Shown here one piece after another: positions 18,685 to 27,371 of a DNA stretch of 64,000 nucleotides (position 1 is its first letter; each line of letters starts with the position of its first letter). Source of the stretch: Planctomycetota bacterium (GTDB taxonomy: Bacteria; Planctomycetota; UBA1135; UBA2386). Where the stretch lies: NCBI GenBank assembly GCA_046290465.1, contig JBKAGP010000001.1:320001-384000 (forward strand), written 5' to 3'. The notes beneath the pieces were generated by a model. The model was not told the DNA's origin. It searched no databases and saw nothing but the letters and a program-made list of their open reading frames with translations. The translations under genes and the position numbers were made by a program.

Positions 18685-20127
18685 TCACCCGCCGATCTTC
18701 AGCGTGCCGACCAGGTCGCGGTCGCCGCGCAGCACGATGAACTTCAGCTCCTTGCCGCGCTGCTCCTGGCACAGGCGGGCCAGGTCGACGCGCGAGTTGA
18801 GCGGCAGTTCGCGTTCGCCGAAGCGACCGCGCACGATCAGGCCGAGGATCAGGTCGCCCTTCTCGATGCCGGTGCGGCTGGCGGGGGAGTCGGGCGCGAC
18901 GTCGGTGACCCGCAGCGTCGCCGGGAACAGCGCCACCCGACGCAGGCCACTGCCGCGGTAGAACGCGTAGGTCGCCTCGCGCACCAGCCGCTGGTTCTCC
19001 TCGACGTCGATCTCGTCGATGCGCACGCCGAGGCCGGTCAGGATGGTGCCGTCGGCGCGCGGGATCGGCCGGGTCTCGAGCTGGCGGGCGCGGCCGCCGC
19101 GTTCGATCGTCATCGGCACCGTGCGCGCGTCGGCCAGGTCGAAGAAGTGGCGCAAATAGTCGATCGACGTGCGCACGTCGTGCTCGCCGATCCGGGTCAG
19201 CACGTCGCCGACGCGCACGCCGGCGAGCTCCGCCGGGCCGCCGGTGACGACCTCGCGCACCACGACCTTACCGTCGCGGTCGGCGACCTCGAGGCCGAGC
19301 CACGGCGCGTTGCCGTTGGCGACGAAGCTGGTGCTCTGCAGCAGCTGCCGCTGGAACTCCTTGCGCACGACGTCCATCGGGATCGCGAAGCCGATGTTCT
19401 CGGCGCCCGCCGACATCGCGTTGTTGATGCCGACCAGGCGGCCGGTGATGTCGAGCAGCGCGCCGCCGCTGTTGCCCTGGTTGATCGCCGCGTCGGTCTG
19501 CAGCAGATCCTTGTACTCGCGCACCACGCCGTCGGGTGCGCGCACCTGGATCGAACGGCCGGTCGCCGACAGCACGCCGCTGGTGACCGTGTTGGCGTGG
19601 CCCTGCGGGTTGCCGATCGCGATCACGGTCTCGCCGATCATCAGGTCGGAAGAGCGACCGATCTCGATCGGCTGGACCCGCTCGTCGCCTTCGAGCTCCA
19701 GCTGCAGCAGCGCCAGGTCGCGAACCGGCGTCGAGCTGAGCACGCGGGCCTTGCGCTCGCGGCCGTCGCGCAGCTTTACGAGCACACCGTAGTTGCGGCC
19801 GCTGCGTTCGCCGAGCAGCACCGGCGCGATGACGTGCCAGTTGGTGATCACCAGGCCGCTGTCGTCGAGCAGCACGCCGGAGCCCTGGCCCTCGGTCACC
19901 GGCTGGCGCCGGGCCAGCTGGTTCTGCAGGTAGATGCTGACGACGCTGTCGGCGGCGCGCTGCACGGCGCGCACCACCGGGGTCATGCGCAGGGCGCGGT
20001 CGTCGGCGTTCGGTTCGACCACCTGCAGCGGGGAGCCGCGGTCGGTCAACGGTTGGTCCTGGGCCGGCACCGCCACGGCGGCGGACAGCACGGCGAACGG
20101 CAACAGCAGCGGGATCCACTTGCGCAT
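18685..20127 (-). CDS. DegP/HtrA-family trypsin-like serine protease with PDZ domains
   Basis: GSGV, ITNWHV, DLALL, QTDAAINQGNSGGAL; two PDZ-like regions; signal peptide; AGGAG RBS. Confidence 0.93.
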   Translation of the reverse strand: MRKWIPLLLPFAVLSAAVAVPAQDQPLTDRGSPLQVVEPNADDRALRMTPVVRAVQRAADSVVSIYLQNQLARRQPVTEGQGSGVLLDDSGLVITNWHVIAPVLLGERSGRNYGVLVKLRDGRERKARVLSSTPVRDLALLQLELEGDERVQPIEIGRSSDLMIGETVIAIGNPQGHANTVTSGVLSATGRSIQVRAPDGVVREYKDLLQTDAAINQGNSGGALLDITGRLVGINNAMSAGAENIGFAIPMDVVRKEFQRQLLQSTSFVANGNAPWLGLEVADRDGKVVVREVVTGGPAELAGVRVGDVLTRIGEHDVRTSIDYLRHFFDLADARTVPMTIERGGRARQLETRPIPRADGTILTGLGVRIDEIDVEENQRLVREATYAFYRGSGLRRVALFPATLRVTDVAPDSPASRTGIEKGDLILGLIVRGRFGERELPLNSRVDLARLCQEQRGKELKFIVLRGDRDLVGTLKIGG

Positions 20128-20219
20128 GTCGGCTCCTACGATCGAACTCCGAAAAGCCTCCCCGACAGCGGGGGGTGCGGTCTGTTGCGACACGTCGCGG
20201 CCTGCGACAATGCCCGGAC

Positions 20220-20621
20220 ATGTTCTACCGGTTCGACACGGAAGTGCCGCTGCGTTGGGTCGATGTCGACTCCGCCGGCGTGGTCAACAACGCCGTCTAC
20301 CTGAGCCTGATGGAGCAGGCGCGGTTCGCCTACTTCTCGCACCTCGGGCTGATGACCGACCAACGCGTGCCGTTCGTCCTGGCGGAAGCGACCGTGCAGT
20401 GGCTGCGCCCCGGCCGGCTCGGCATGAACGTCACGGTCGCCGCTGCGACGACCCGGCTCGGCAATGCGAGCTTTGACATGCAGTACGAGATCCGCTCCGG
20501 CGAGGAGGTGCTGTGCAAGGCCAAGGCGGCGCTGGTGTTCGTCGACGAGGCGATGCAGTCGTGCCCGATCCCGCAGCAGTTCCGCGAGACCGTGGCGCAG
20601 TTCGAAGAACTCGACGGCTGA
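20220..20621 (+). CDS. Acyl-CoA thioesterase (hotdog fold, YbgC/FadM-like)
   Basis: RWVDVDSAGVVNNAVYLSLMEQAR. Confidence 0.88.
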   Translation: MFYRFDTEVPLRWVDVDSAGVVNNAVYLSLMEQARFAYFSHLGLMTDQRVPFVLAEATVQWLRPGRLGMNVTVAAATTRLGNASFDMQYEIRSGEEVLCKAKAALVFVDEAMQSCPIPQQFRETVAQFEELDG

Positions 20622-20715
20622 CGCGCGCCCGGCCAGCAGGCGCAGGCACGAACGGTACGGCATTCCCGGTTGTTCGTCCTGCAGGCGGGGCCCAAGCCTC
20701 GTAATGTTGCCGCCG

Positions 20716-23667
20716 ATGCGATCCCAGCTGACCGTTGCCCGCGCGCTCGTGTTCGCGCTCCTCGCCCCGATGCTCTCGGCGCAGGGGGAGGACGAACAGG
20801 AATACGCGGAGCTGCTCGCCGACGGCCAGCGCAAGCTGCTGGCCGGGCGCGTGCTCGAGGCCGAGCAGGCGTTCGAAGAGCTGTTCGAGTACCTGACCGA
20901 AGACGGCGTCGACGCCGACGACCGCTACTACGTCGCCGCGACCGTCGGCCTGCAGACGATCGAGCTGCGCCGCGGCAACTACCTCGAGGCGCAGCGCGGC
21001 CTGAAGCGGCTGCCGGCCGCCGCGCAGGCCGACCCCGAGGTCGTCTGGGTGCTGGCCGAGACCTACAAGCGGCTCGGCGACTACGACCGGGCGGCCGCGC
21101 TGCTGCGCCAGCTGGTCGAACGCGACCCCGCCGACGCGCGCGCCCGGCATCGCCTCGGCGTCGTGCTGCACGGCGCCGGCAAGCGCGGCGAGGCGGCCGA
21201 GCTGTGGCAGCAGAACGCCGCGCTCGAACCCGATCCGAAGGACGCGCTGCAGCTCGCCTACGTCGGTCGTTCGCTCTACGAACTCGGCGGCCGCCGCAAC
21301 TACGAACGGGCCAGCCGCATGTTCGTCGACAGCATCCAGCTCGCGCCCGAGCGCCCGGAGGCCCGCACCGCGCTCGGGCTGCTGAAGTACGAGGCCTACG
21401 GCGAGGCGGCCGGCTTCCCGTCGGGCGAGAAGGACCTCAAGAAGGTGCTCGACGTCAACGGCGACGACGAGGAGGCGCTGCTGACGATGTTCAAGATCCG
21501 TCGCGCCAACATGGTGCTCGACGGCGACAAGACCGAGGGCTTCCTCAACCGCGTGCTCGACCGCAACCCGCGCTGCGCCGAGGCGCTGCTGCTGCGCGCG
21601 GCGCGGGTGCTCGACGACCGCCGCTTCGAGGAGGCCGCGCGCCGCATCGACGACGTGCTGGCGATCGACCCGAGCTATCGCGAGGCGCTGTGCCACCGAG
21701 CGGCGGCCGCGATGCTGCTGCGCCGCGACGAGGAGTACCGTTCGTTCCGCGACAAGGCGCTGGCGGGCGATCCAACCTGGCCCGAATGCGACCGCATCCT
21801 CGGGGACCACCTGTCGTCGCTCTACCGCTTCGCCGACTCGATCCCGTTCTTCGAGGCGGCGCTGCAAAAGCAGCCGGACCACGTGTCGTCGATGCACGGC
21901 CTCGCCAAGGCGCTGATCTACACCGGCGACGGCAAGCGCGCCCGCGACCTGTTGCTGGCTGCCAAGGAGATCGAGAAGGCGATGGTCGACCCGTGGCGCA
22001 ACAACGCGATCGCGGTGCAGGAGCTGCTCGACGAACAGTACGAGGCCGTCGAGCACGGCCCGTTCACGATGCTGCTGCACAAGGAGGACGCCGACGTGCT
22101 GCGCGCCTACCTGCTGCCGATCCAGCTGGAGGCGGTCGAGGTGCTCGGCAAGAAGTACGGCTGGCAGCCCGAGGGCAAGACCACGGTCGAGGTGTTCCAC
22201 ACCTGGGACGACTTCTCGGTGCGTACGATCGGCTTCCGCGGCTTCACCGCACTCGGCGCGTGCTTCGGCCGGCTGATCACGCTGGTGTCGCCGGTCGACG
22301 TCGACCTGCGCCGTCAGGACTTCATGTGGGAGGCGACCGCGTGGCACGAGTACACCCACGTGCTGACGCTCGGCCTCAGCAACAACCGCGTGCCGCGCTG
22401 GCTGACCGAGGGCTTCTCGGTCTACGAAGAACGCGCCCGCGACACCTCGTGGGAACGCGGCATGGACCGCGAGCTGTTCGACGCGTTCCACAACCGCGAC
22501 ATCCCGCCGGTACGGATCATGAACCGGCTGTTCCGCGGGCCGCGCATCCTGTTCGGCTACTACCAGGGGGGCCTGATCGTCGAGCTGATCACCAAGAAGT
22601 ACGGCTTCGACAAGGCGCTCGAGCTGCTGCGCGCGTTCGGCGACGACCAGGGCATCGAACGGGCGTTCGAGCGCGCGGTCGGCATGAGTTCGCGCGCGTT
22701 CGATCGCCTGCTGCTCGAGTACATCGAGAACGACCTGCTGCGCGGCATCGATCTGGTCCAGCGGTTCGACCAGAACACGATCGGCCAGCGCATGATCGAC
22801 GCGCGCAACGATCCGAGCGACCTCGGCGCCCGCATCGACCTGGCGTGGGCCGGGCTGCAGCAGGACAACCCGGTCGACGCCGGCCGCTGGCTGGCGGAGG
22901 TGCTGCGCACCGACCCCGACCACCCCGACGGCATGCTGGTGCGCGCCGAGATGCTGCGCCGCCGCGGCCAGCTCGAGGCGGCCGTCGAGCACTACAAGAA
23001 GGGCTTCTCGCTCGGCGCCGACGACTTCGACTCGCGGATCCGCTGTGGCGAGGTGTTGCTCGAACTCGGCAACACCGACGCGGCGATCGACATGTTCCAG
23101 CGCGCCAAGGCCTGCTGGCCGTCGTGCACCGAGCAGGCGACCGCACCGGAGCTGCGTCTTGCCAAGATCTATCGCGACCAGGGCGAACGAACCCAGGCGC
23201 AGATGGAGATGAAGTCGTACGTGCGCCGCACGGCGCGCGCGTTCGTGCCGCGCTACACGCTGGCGGAGTTCGAGCGGGAGGCCGGCAACCGCAACGAGGA
23301 GCTGCGGCTGTTGCTCGAGTGCAACCGGATCGATCCGTTCTATCGCGAACTGCACGAGCGCATGGGCGACGCCTACGAGGCGCTCGGCAAAGAGGCGCAG
23401 GCGGCGCTCGAGTTCGAGGTCGCGGCGGCGGTGCGGGCCGACCAGGACCGCGCCTACATGCGGCCCGACGCGACGGCGCCGGCGGTCGACAGCGACGAAG
23501 AGCGCGCTGCGCGCGGCGCGCTGTGGCTGCGCGCGGCGAAGCTGCGGCACCAGCTCGGGGACCGCGAGCGACGCGATACCCTGTTGCAGCGGGTGCTTCA
23601 AGAAGCGGCTGGCAGCGACGCTGCGGCCGATGCGCGCGAGCTGCAGCAAGAGTGGCGAGGCCGCTGA
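20716..23667 (+). CDS. Secreted TPR protein with central gluzincin (peptidase MA-like) domain
   Basis: Signal peptide; many TPR helices; HEYTH...PRWLTEGFSVYEE. Confidence 0.85.
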   Translation: MRSQLTVARALVFALLAPMLSAQGEDEQEYAELLADGQRKLLAGRVLEAEQAFEELFEYLTEDGVDADDRYYVAATVGLQTIELRRGNYLEAQRGLKRLPAAAQADPEVVWVLAETYKRLGDYDRAAALLRQLVERDPADARARHRLGVVLHGAGKRGEAAELWQQNAALEPDPKDALQLAYVGRSLYELGGRRNYERASRMFVDSIQLAPERPEARTALGLLKYEAYGEAAGFPSGEKDLKKVLDVNGDDEEALLTMFKIRRANMVLDGDKTEGFLNRVLDRNPRCAEALLLRAARVLDDRRFEEAARRIDDVLAIDPSYREALCHRAAAAMLLRRDEEYRSFRDKALAGDPTWPECDRILGDHLSSLYRFADSIPFFEAALQKQPDHVSSMHGLAKALIYTGDGKRARDLLLAAKEIEKAMVDPWRNNAIAVQELLDEQYEAVEHGPFTMLLHKEDADVLRAYLLPIQLEAVEVLGKKYGWQPEGKTTVEVFHTWDDFSVRTIGFRGFTALGACFGRLITLVSPVDVDLRRQDFMWEATAWHEYTHVLTLGLSNNRVPRWLTEGFSVYEERARDTSWERGMDRELFDAFHNRDIPPVRIMNRLFRGPRILFGYYQGGLIVELITKKYGFDKALELLRAFGDDQGIERAFERAVGMSSRAFDRLLLEYIENDLLRGIDLVQRFDQNTIGQRMIDARNDPSDLGARIDLAWAGLQQDNPVDAGRWLAEVLRTDPDHPDGMLVRAEMLRRRGQLEAAVEHYKKGFSLGADDFDSRIRCGEVLLELGNTDAAIDMFQRAKACWPSCTEQATAPELRLAKIYRDQGERTQAQMEMKSYVRRTARAFVPRYTLAEFEREAGNRNEELRLLLECNRIDPFYRELHERMGDAYEALGKEAQAALEFEVAAAVRADQDRAYMRPDATAPAVDSDEERAARGALWLRAAKLRHQLGDRERRDTLLQRVLQEAAGSDAAADARELQQEWRGR

Positions 23668-23742
23668 CGAGTTGGTAGCGTTGGCCCTCCGACTTTTGCG
23701 GGCGTCGTCGGTCGCGACGCCCCGTCGGAGCAGAAGCCACAC

Positions 23743-24975
23743 ATGCTGCCGTTGCTCGAAGACAGTTGGACCCGCGTCCAGGCCACGTTGCGTGACCGCG
23801 TCGGGTCCGCGACGTTCGACGCCTGGCTCAAGGGGCTGCGGCCGGTGCTGCTCGAGCGCGGCACCGTGTACTTCGAGGCGGACACGCGGCTGGCGGCGGA
23901 CCGCGTGCGGGCGCTGTTCCGCAACGCGATCTCCGAGGTGCTGTCGCAGGACTTCGGCACCGAGCTGAAGGTCGAGATCCAGTCCGAGGTGACCGATCGC
24001 TTCGATGCGCTCGAGGTCTCGCCGCAGCGGCCGGTGATCGACGACGGCAACCGCACCGCGCACCTGGTGCTGCAGAGCCTGATCCCGGGCCAGAACCGGC
24101 TGCCGTTCGGCGACGAACTGCCGCGCACGCGGCTGGTGCCGGCGAGCCTCTACGTCTTCCACGGCCCGTCGGGCGTCGGCAAGACGTTCCTGCTGAACTG
24201 GTGGCGCGAACAGATGCCGCTGCGCTCGCTCTGGTACGACCTGCCCGAGCTGCTCAAGGTGTTCCAGCGCGTGCACCAGGACAAGCGCGTGCCCGAGCTG
24301 TTCGACGAGCTGGTCGCGGACCTGCCGCTGGTGATCGACGAGGCGCACCGGATCTCGCACAAGCCGAAGCTGCAGGCCTTCCTGCAGCAGGTGCTGGAGG
24401 CGCGCGCCGCGCACGGCTCGCCGACGATCCTCGCCTCGCGCTGGCACCCCAAGGACGTGCGCGACCTCGACGCGTCGCTGCAGTCGTCGTGGATGGCCGG
24501 GTTCGTCGCGAGCATCGAACGTCCGGGGCCGCTCGGTCGCCTGCGCTACCTGCGCGCGCTCGAGGGCTCACCGTCGCGCAACGGCCGCGCGCCGCAGATC
24601 GAGGCGTTGGCGCAGAAGACCGTCGGCGGCTACCCGGAGTTGCGCGCGGCCTGGGCGAAGTCGCGCGGCGAGTCGTTACCGCCGCGCTACCTGGAGCTGA
24701 TCGATCCGCGCACGGTGTTCCATCGCGTGCGCGACCGCGTCGCCGAGCGCTTCGACGTGAGCGTCGACGACCTGTGCGGCAAGGGCCAGAGCCGCGCCGT
24801 GTCGCGCGCCCGCAAGGTGCTCGCCAAGCTGTGCCAGCACCATGGCCTGAAGGGCAGCGAGATCGGCAACTTCCTCGGCCGCACCCGCGCGGCGGTCAGC
24901 TACATGGTGCTGTCGCTCGAGAAGGAGCTGGAGAAGACGCCGGAGCTGCGCGCGCTGATCGAGGAGCTGCAGTGA
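23743..24975 (+). CDS. Divergent DnaA-like protein (domains I, III, IV)
   Basis: N-terminal W...L...F..W; Walker A GPSGVGKT; Walker B LVIDE; domain IV VAERFDVSVDDL.GK...V.RAR...SEIG.FLGR. Confidence 0.85.
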   Translation: MLPLLEDSWTRVQATLRDRVGSATFDAWLKGLRPVLLERGTVYFEADTRLAADRVRALFRNAISEVLSQDFGTELKVEIQSEVTDRFDALEVSPQRPVIDDGNRTAHLVLQSLIPGQNRLPFGDELPRTRLVPASLYVFHGPSGVGKTFLLNWWREQMPLRSLWYDLPELLKVFQRVHQDKRVPELFDELVADLPLVIDEAHRISHKPKLQAFLQQVLEARAAHGSPTILASRWHPKDVRDLDASLQSSWMAGFVASIERPGPLGRLRYLRALEGSPSRNGRAPQIEALAQKTVGGYPELRAAWAKSRGESLPPRYLELIDPRTVFHRVRDRVAERFDVSVDDLCGKGQSRAVSRARKVLAKLCQHHGLKGSEIGNFLGRTRAAVSYMVLSLEKELEKTPELRALIEELQ

Positions 24976-25619
24976 GCTGCTACGTCGCGCTCGACGGGCC
25001 CGACGGGTGCGGCAAGAGCACGCAGGCAGCCGCGCTCGCGACCTGGCTCGACGCCGAGGGGGCCGACGTGCTGCACGTGCGCGAGCCCGGCTCGACGCCG
25101 GTCGGCGAGGCGCTGCGCGAACTGCTGCTGTCGCCGGCGACCGGCGACCTGCAGCCGATCAGTGAAGTGCTGCTGTTCTCGGCGGCGCGCGCCGAACTGA
25201 TGCAGCGGGTGGTCCGGCCGGCGCTGCAGGCGGGCAAGGTCGTCGTGGCCGAACGCTGCTACCTGTCGACGATGGTCTACCAGCTGCTCGCCGCCGAGCG
25301 GCCGTCGCCCGGCGTGCTCGACCCGGTCTGGTTCGAGGACCTGACGCGGCGCGTGCACGGCGACTGCCTGCCGGACGCGATCTTCCTGCTCGACGTCGCG
25401 CCCGAGGTGTCGGCGCAGCGGCGCGGCCGCCGCAGCGGCGGCGACGACCGCATCGAGGCGCGCGGCGACGACTACCACCGCCGGGTGCGCGACGGCTACC
25501 TGCGGGCGGCGGCGCGCGAACCACGCGCGGCCGTGTTCGACGCCGGCGGCGACTTCGAGGTTCTGCAGCAGCAACTGCGCCAACGGGTCGCGGTGCTGGC
25601 CCAGGAGGTGCGTCGATGA
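24972..25619 (+). CDS. tmk: Thymidylate (dTMP) kinase
   Basis: DGPDGCGKSTQ, REPG.TP.GE.LR, LLFSAAR, PD.IFLLDV, DRIE; GTGA overlap with the upstream stop. Confidence 0.93.
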   Translation: MSCYVALDGPDGCGKSTQAAALATWLDAEGADVLHVREPGSTPVGEALRELLLSPATGDLQPISEVLLFSAARAELMQRVVRPALQAGKVVVAERCYLSTMVYQLLAAERPSPGVLDPVWFEDLTRRVHGDCLPDAIFLLDVAPEVSAQRRGRRSGGDDRIEARGDDYHRRVRDGYLRAAAREPRAAVFDAGGDFEVLQQQLRQRVAVLAQEVRR

Positions 25620-26680
25620 GCGCCAGGTGGGTGCGCGAGGCCAGGCGCAAGAACGCCTCGCAGCCGGACGAGGCCGAAGCGGTCCGCATGACGAAGCGGC
25701 TGCAGCGCCCACTCGGGCAGGGCGAGGCGCTCGACCGCTGGGTGCGCATGGCGCGTCGGCTGCAGCTGCCGCACGGCGTCGTCGTCGAGGGCGCGCCGGG
25801 TTCGGGCAAGACCACGGTGCTGCAGTACCTGACGGCCGCGTTGCTGTGCCCCTCGGAGCTCGATGCCGACGAACCGTGCGGCATGTGCCGCACCTGCACG
25901 CGCATCGCCAACGACCTGCACCCCGACGTGCAGGTCGTGCGACGACCGCGCGACGACGCCGAGTTCGTCAAGAAGGAGACCAGCTTCCACCGCATCACCG
26001 TGCACCAGGTGCGCGCCGTGCAGGATCGGCTGGCGCAGCACGCGATCGAGGGCGGCGCGCGCGTTGCGGCGTTCGTCGAGGCCAACCGCATCGAGGAGGA
26101 GGGGCAGAACATGCTGCTCAAGACCCTCGAGGAGCCCGGCGCGGCGACGTTCCTGCTGCTCGAGACTTCTCGTCCGGAGCAACTGCTCGAGACGGTGCGC
26201 TCGCGGGTCCAGCGGTTGCGGGTGCTGCCACTGGCCGACGCGGCCCTCCGCGGCGAGCTGGAGCAAAGAATTCCCCAGCATTTCGGGCGGTTCGACGACA
26301 TCGTGGCCCTGGCCCAGGGCAGCCTCGGGCAGGCCCTGCGGGCGTCTACCGAACAGGCGGTACAGCTCCATGATCTGGTGCGTGCCTGGTTCGCGACGAC
26401 CCAGACCTTGCGCCCGATCGCGATGGCCCAGGCGGTGCTGAAGGGGGCCGAGGAGAAGCGCGACGAGGTCGAGATCGCCCGGTTGTTCCTGTGGCTGTTG
26501 CGGGCCGAGGTACGGCGGCAGCGGGACGCCCTTGCGGCCTCGGCGGAGGGCTCCTACGTTGCCGCGACGCTGGAACCATGGACCACGTGGCTCGAACGAA
26601 CACTGCAAGCGGAACGGGATCTCGACCTGTTGATCCCGCCAGAACAGGCGCTCGCCGCCTGTCTCGTGCAGATGCTCTGA
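25616..26680 (+). CDS. holB: DNA polymerase III subunit delta'
   Basis: LLC...PCGMCRTC Zn site, HPD, QNMLLKTLEEP, LLETVRSR; follows tmk with ATGA overlap (alternative start 25688). Confidence 0.88.
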   Translation: MSARWVREARRKNASQPDEAEAVRMTKRLQRPLGQGEALDRWVRMARRLQLPHGVVVEGAPGSGKTTVLQYLTAALLCPSELDADEPCGMCRTCTRIANDLHPDVQVVRRPRDDAEFVKKETSFHRITVHQVRAVQDRLAQHAIEGGARVAAFVEANRIEEEGQNMLLKTLEEPGAATFLLLETSRPEQLLETVRSRVQRLRVLPLADAALRGELEQRIPQHFGRFDDIVALAQGSLGQALRASTEQAVQLHDLVRAWFATTQTLRPIAMAQAVLKGAEEKRDEVEIARLFLWLLRAEVRRQRDALAASAEGSYVAATLEPWTTWLERTLQAERDLDLLIPPEQALAACLVQML

Positions 26681-26845
26681 CGACGTCGCGGGTCGCAGCA
26701 GTCCGGGTTGGTCGCCCGGCGCGCGCGTGGTCTCCGGTGGGGGAAGTGCAGCGAAGGGGTCACTTCGTCGCGCTCAAGGGCGGTTCCCGATGTGTCGATA
26801 ACGGTGGTCGAACACCACCGCTTCGTCCGAAGAGGAACCGTGTCG

Positions 26846-27268
26846 ATGGCCGCTACTGATCAAGACCTGCTCGAAGACAAGATCCAGACGGTGAGGTGCC
26901 GGGACCGCAGGTTCTCGCGCCACGCCTACTACTTCGTGCTCGACGCGCTCGACTACACGATGACGCACTTCGGCCGCGACCAGCTCACCGGCGAAGACCG
27001 TCATGTCGGTGGTCGCGAGCTGCTGACCGGCATCAAGGAGTACGCTGCCGAACAGTTCGGGCCGATGGCCGCGATCGTGTTCGAGCGTTGGGGCGTGCGC
27101 GCCGCCGCCGACTTCGGCGAGATCGTCTTCAACCTGATCGACGTCGAGCTGCTGAGCCGGCGCCCGTGCGACAGCCGCCTCGACTTCGTCGACGGCATCG
27201 ACTTCCGCGAGACGTTCGCGGAGAAGCACCGCGAGAGCCTCGACCGCATCGCCGATCGCGACGCGTGA
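26846..27268 (+). CDS. TIGR04138/Minf_1886-like protein
   Basis: AYYFVLDAL, RHVGGRELL, QFGPMA..V..RWG....DFGEIVFNLI, DS..DF. Confidence 0.82.
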   Translation: MAATDQDLLEDKIQTVRCRDRRFSRHAYYFVLDALDYTMTHFGRDQLTGEDRHVGGRELLTGIKEYAAEQFGPMAAIVFERWGVRAAADFGEIVFNLIDVELLSRRPCDSRLDFVDGIDFRETFAEKHRESLDRIADRDA

Positions 27269-27371
27269 GCCGGCGCCCAGGCGCAGCAGGGATGTGACAG
27301 GCTCGCCAAATCCGCGGCGGTGACGTGCAGTCGCCGCCCGCAGCGCGTAAGCCTCGACCACAGAGGTGATC

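Noticed and set aside
23668..23742. Possible oriC beside the dnaA-like gene
   Set aside because: Spacer is only 75 bp and GC-rich; I saw no TTATCCACA-like boxes or AT-rich unwinding element, and no dnaN
8371..24447. Very long antisense or alternate-frame ORFs (e.g. 8371-12171 minus, 11028-14744 plus, 20431-24447 minus)
   Set aside because: Arg/Ala/Gly/Pro-rich shadow ORFs expected in high-GC DNA with strong codon bias; they overlap well-supported genes and lack motifs
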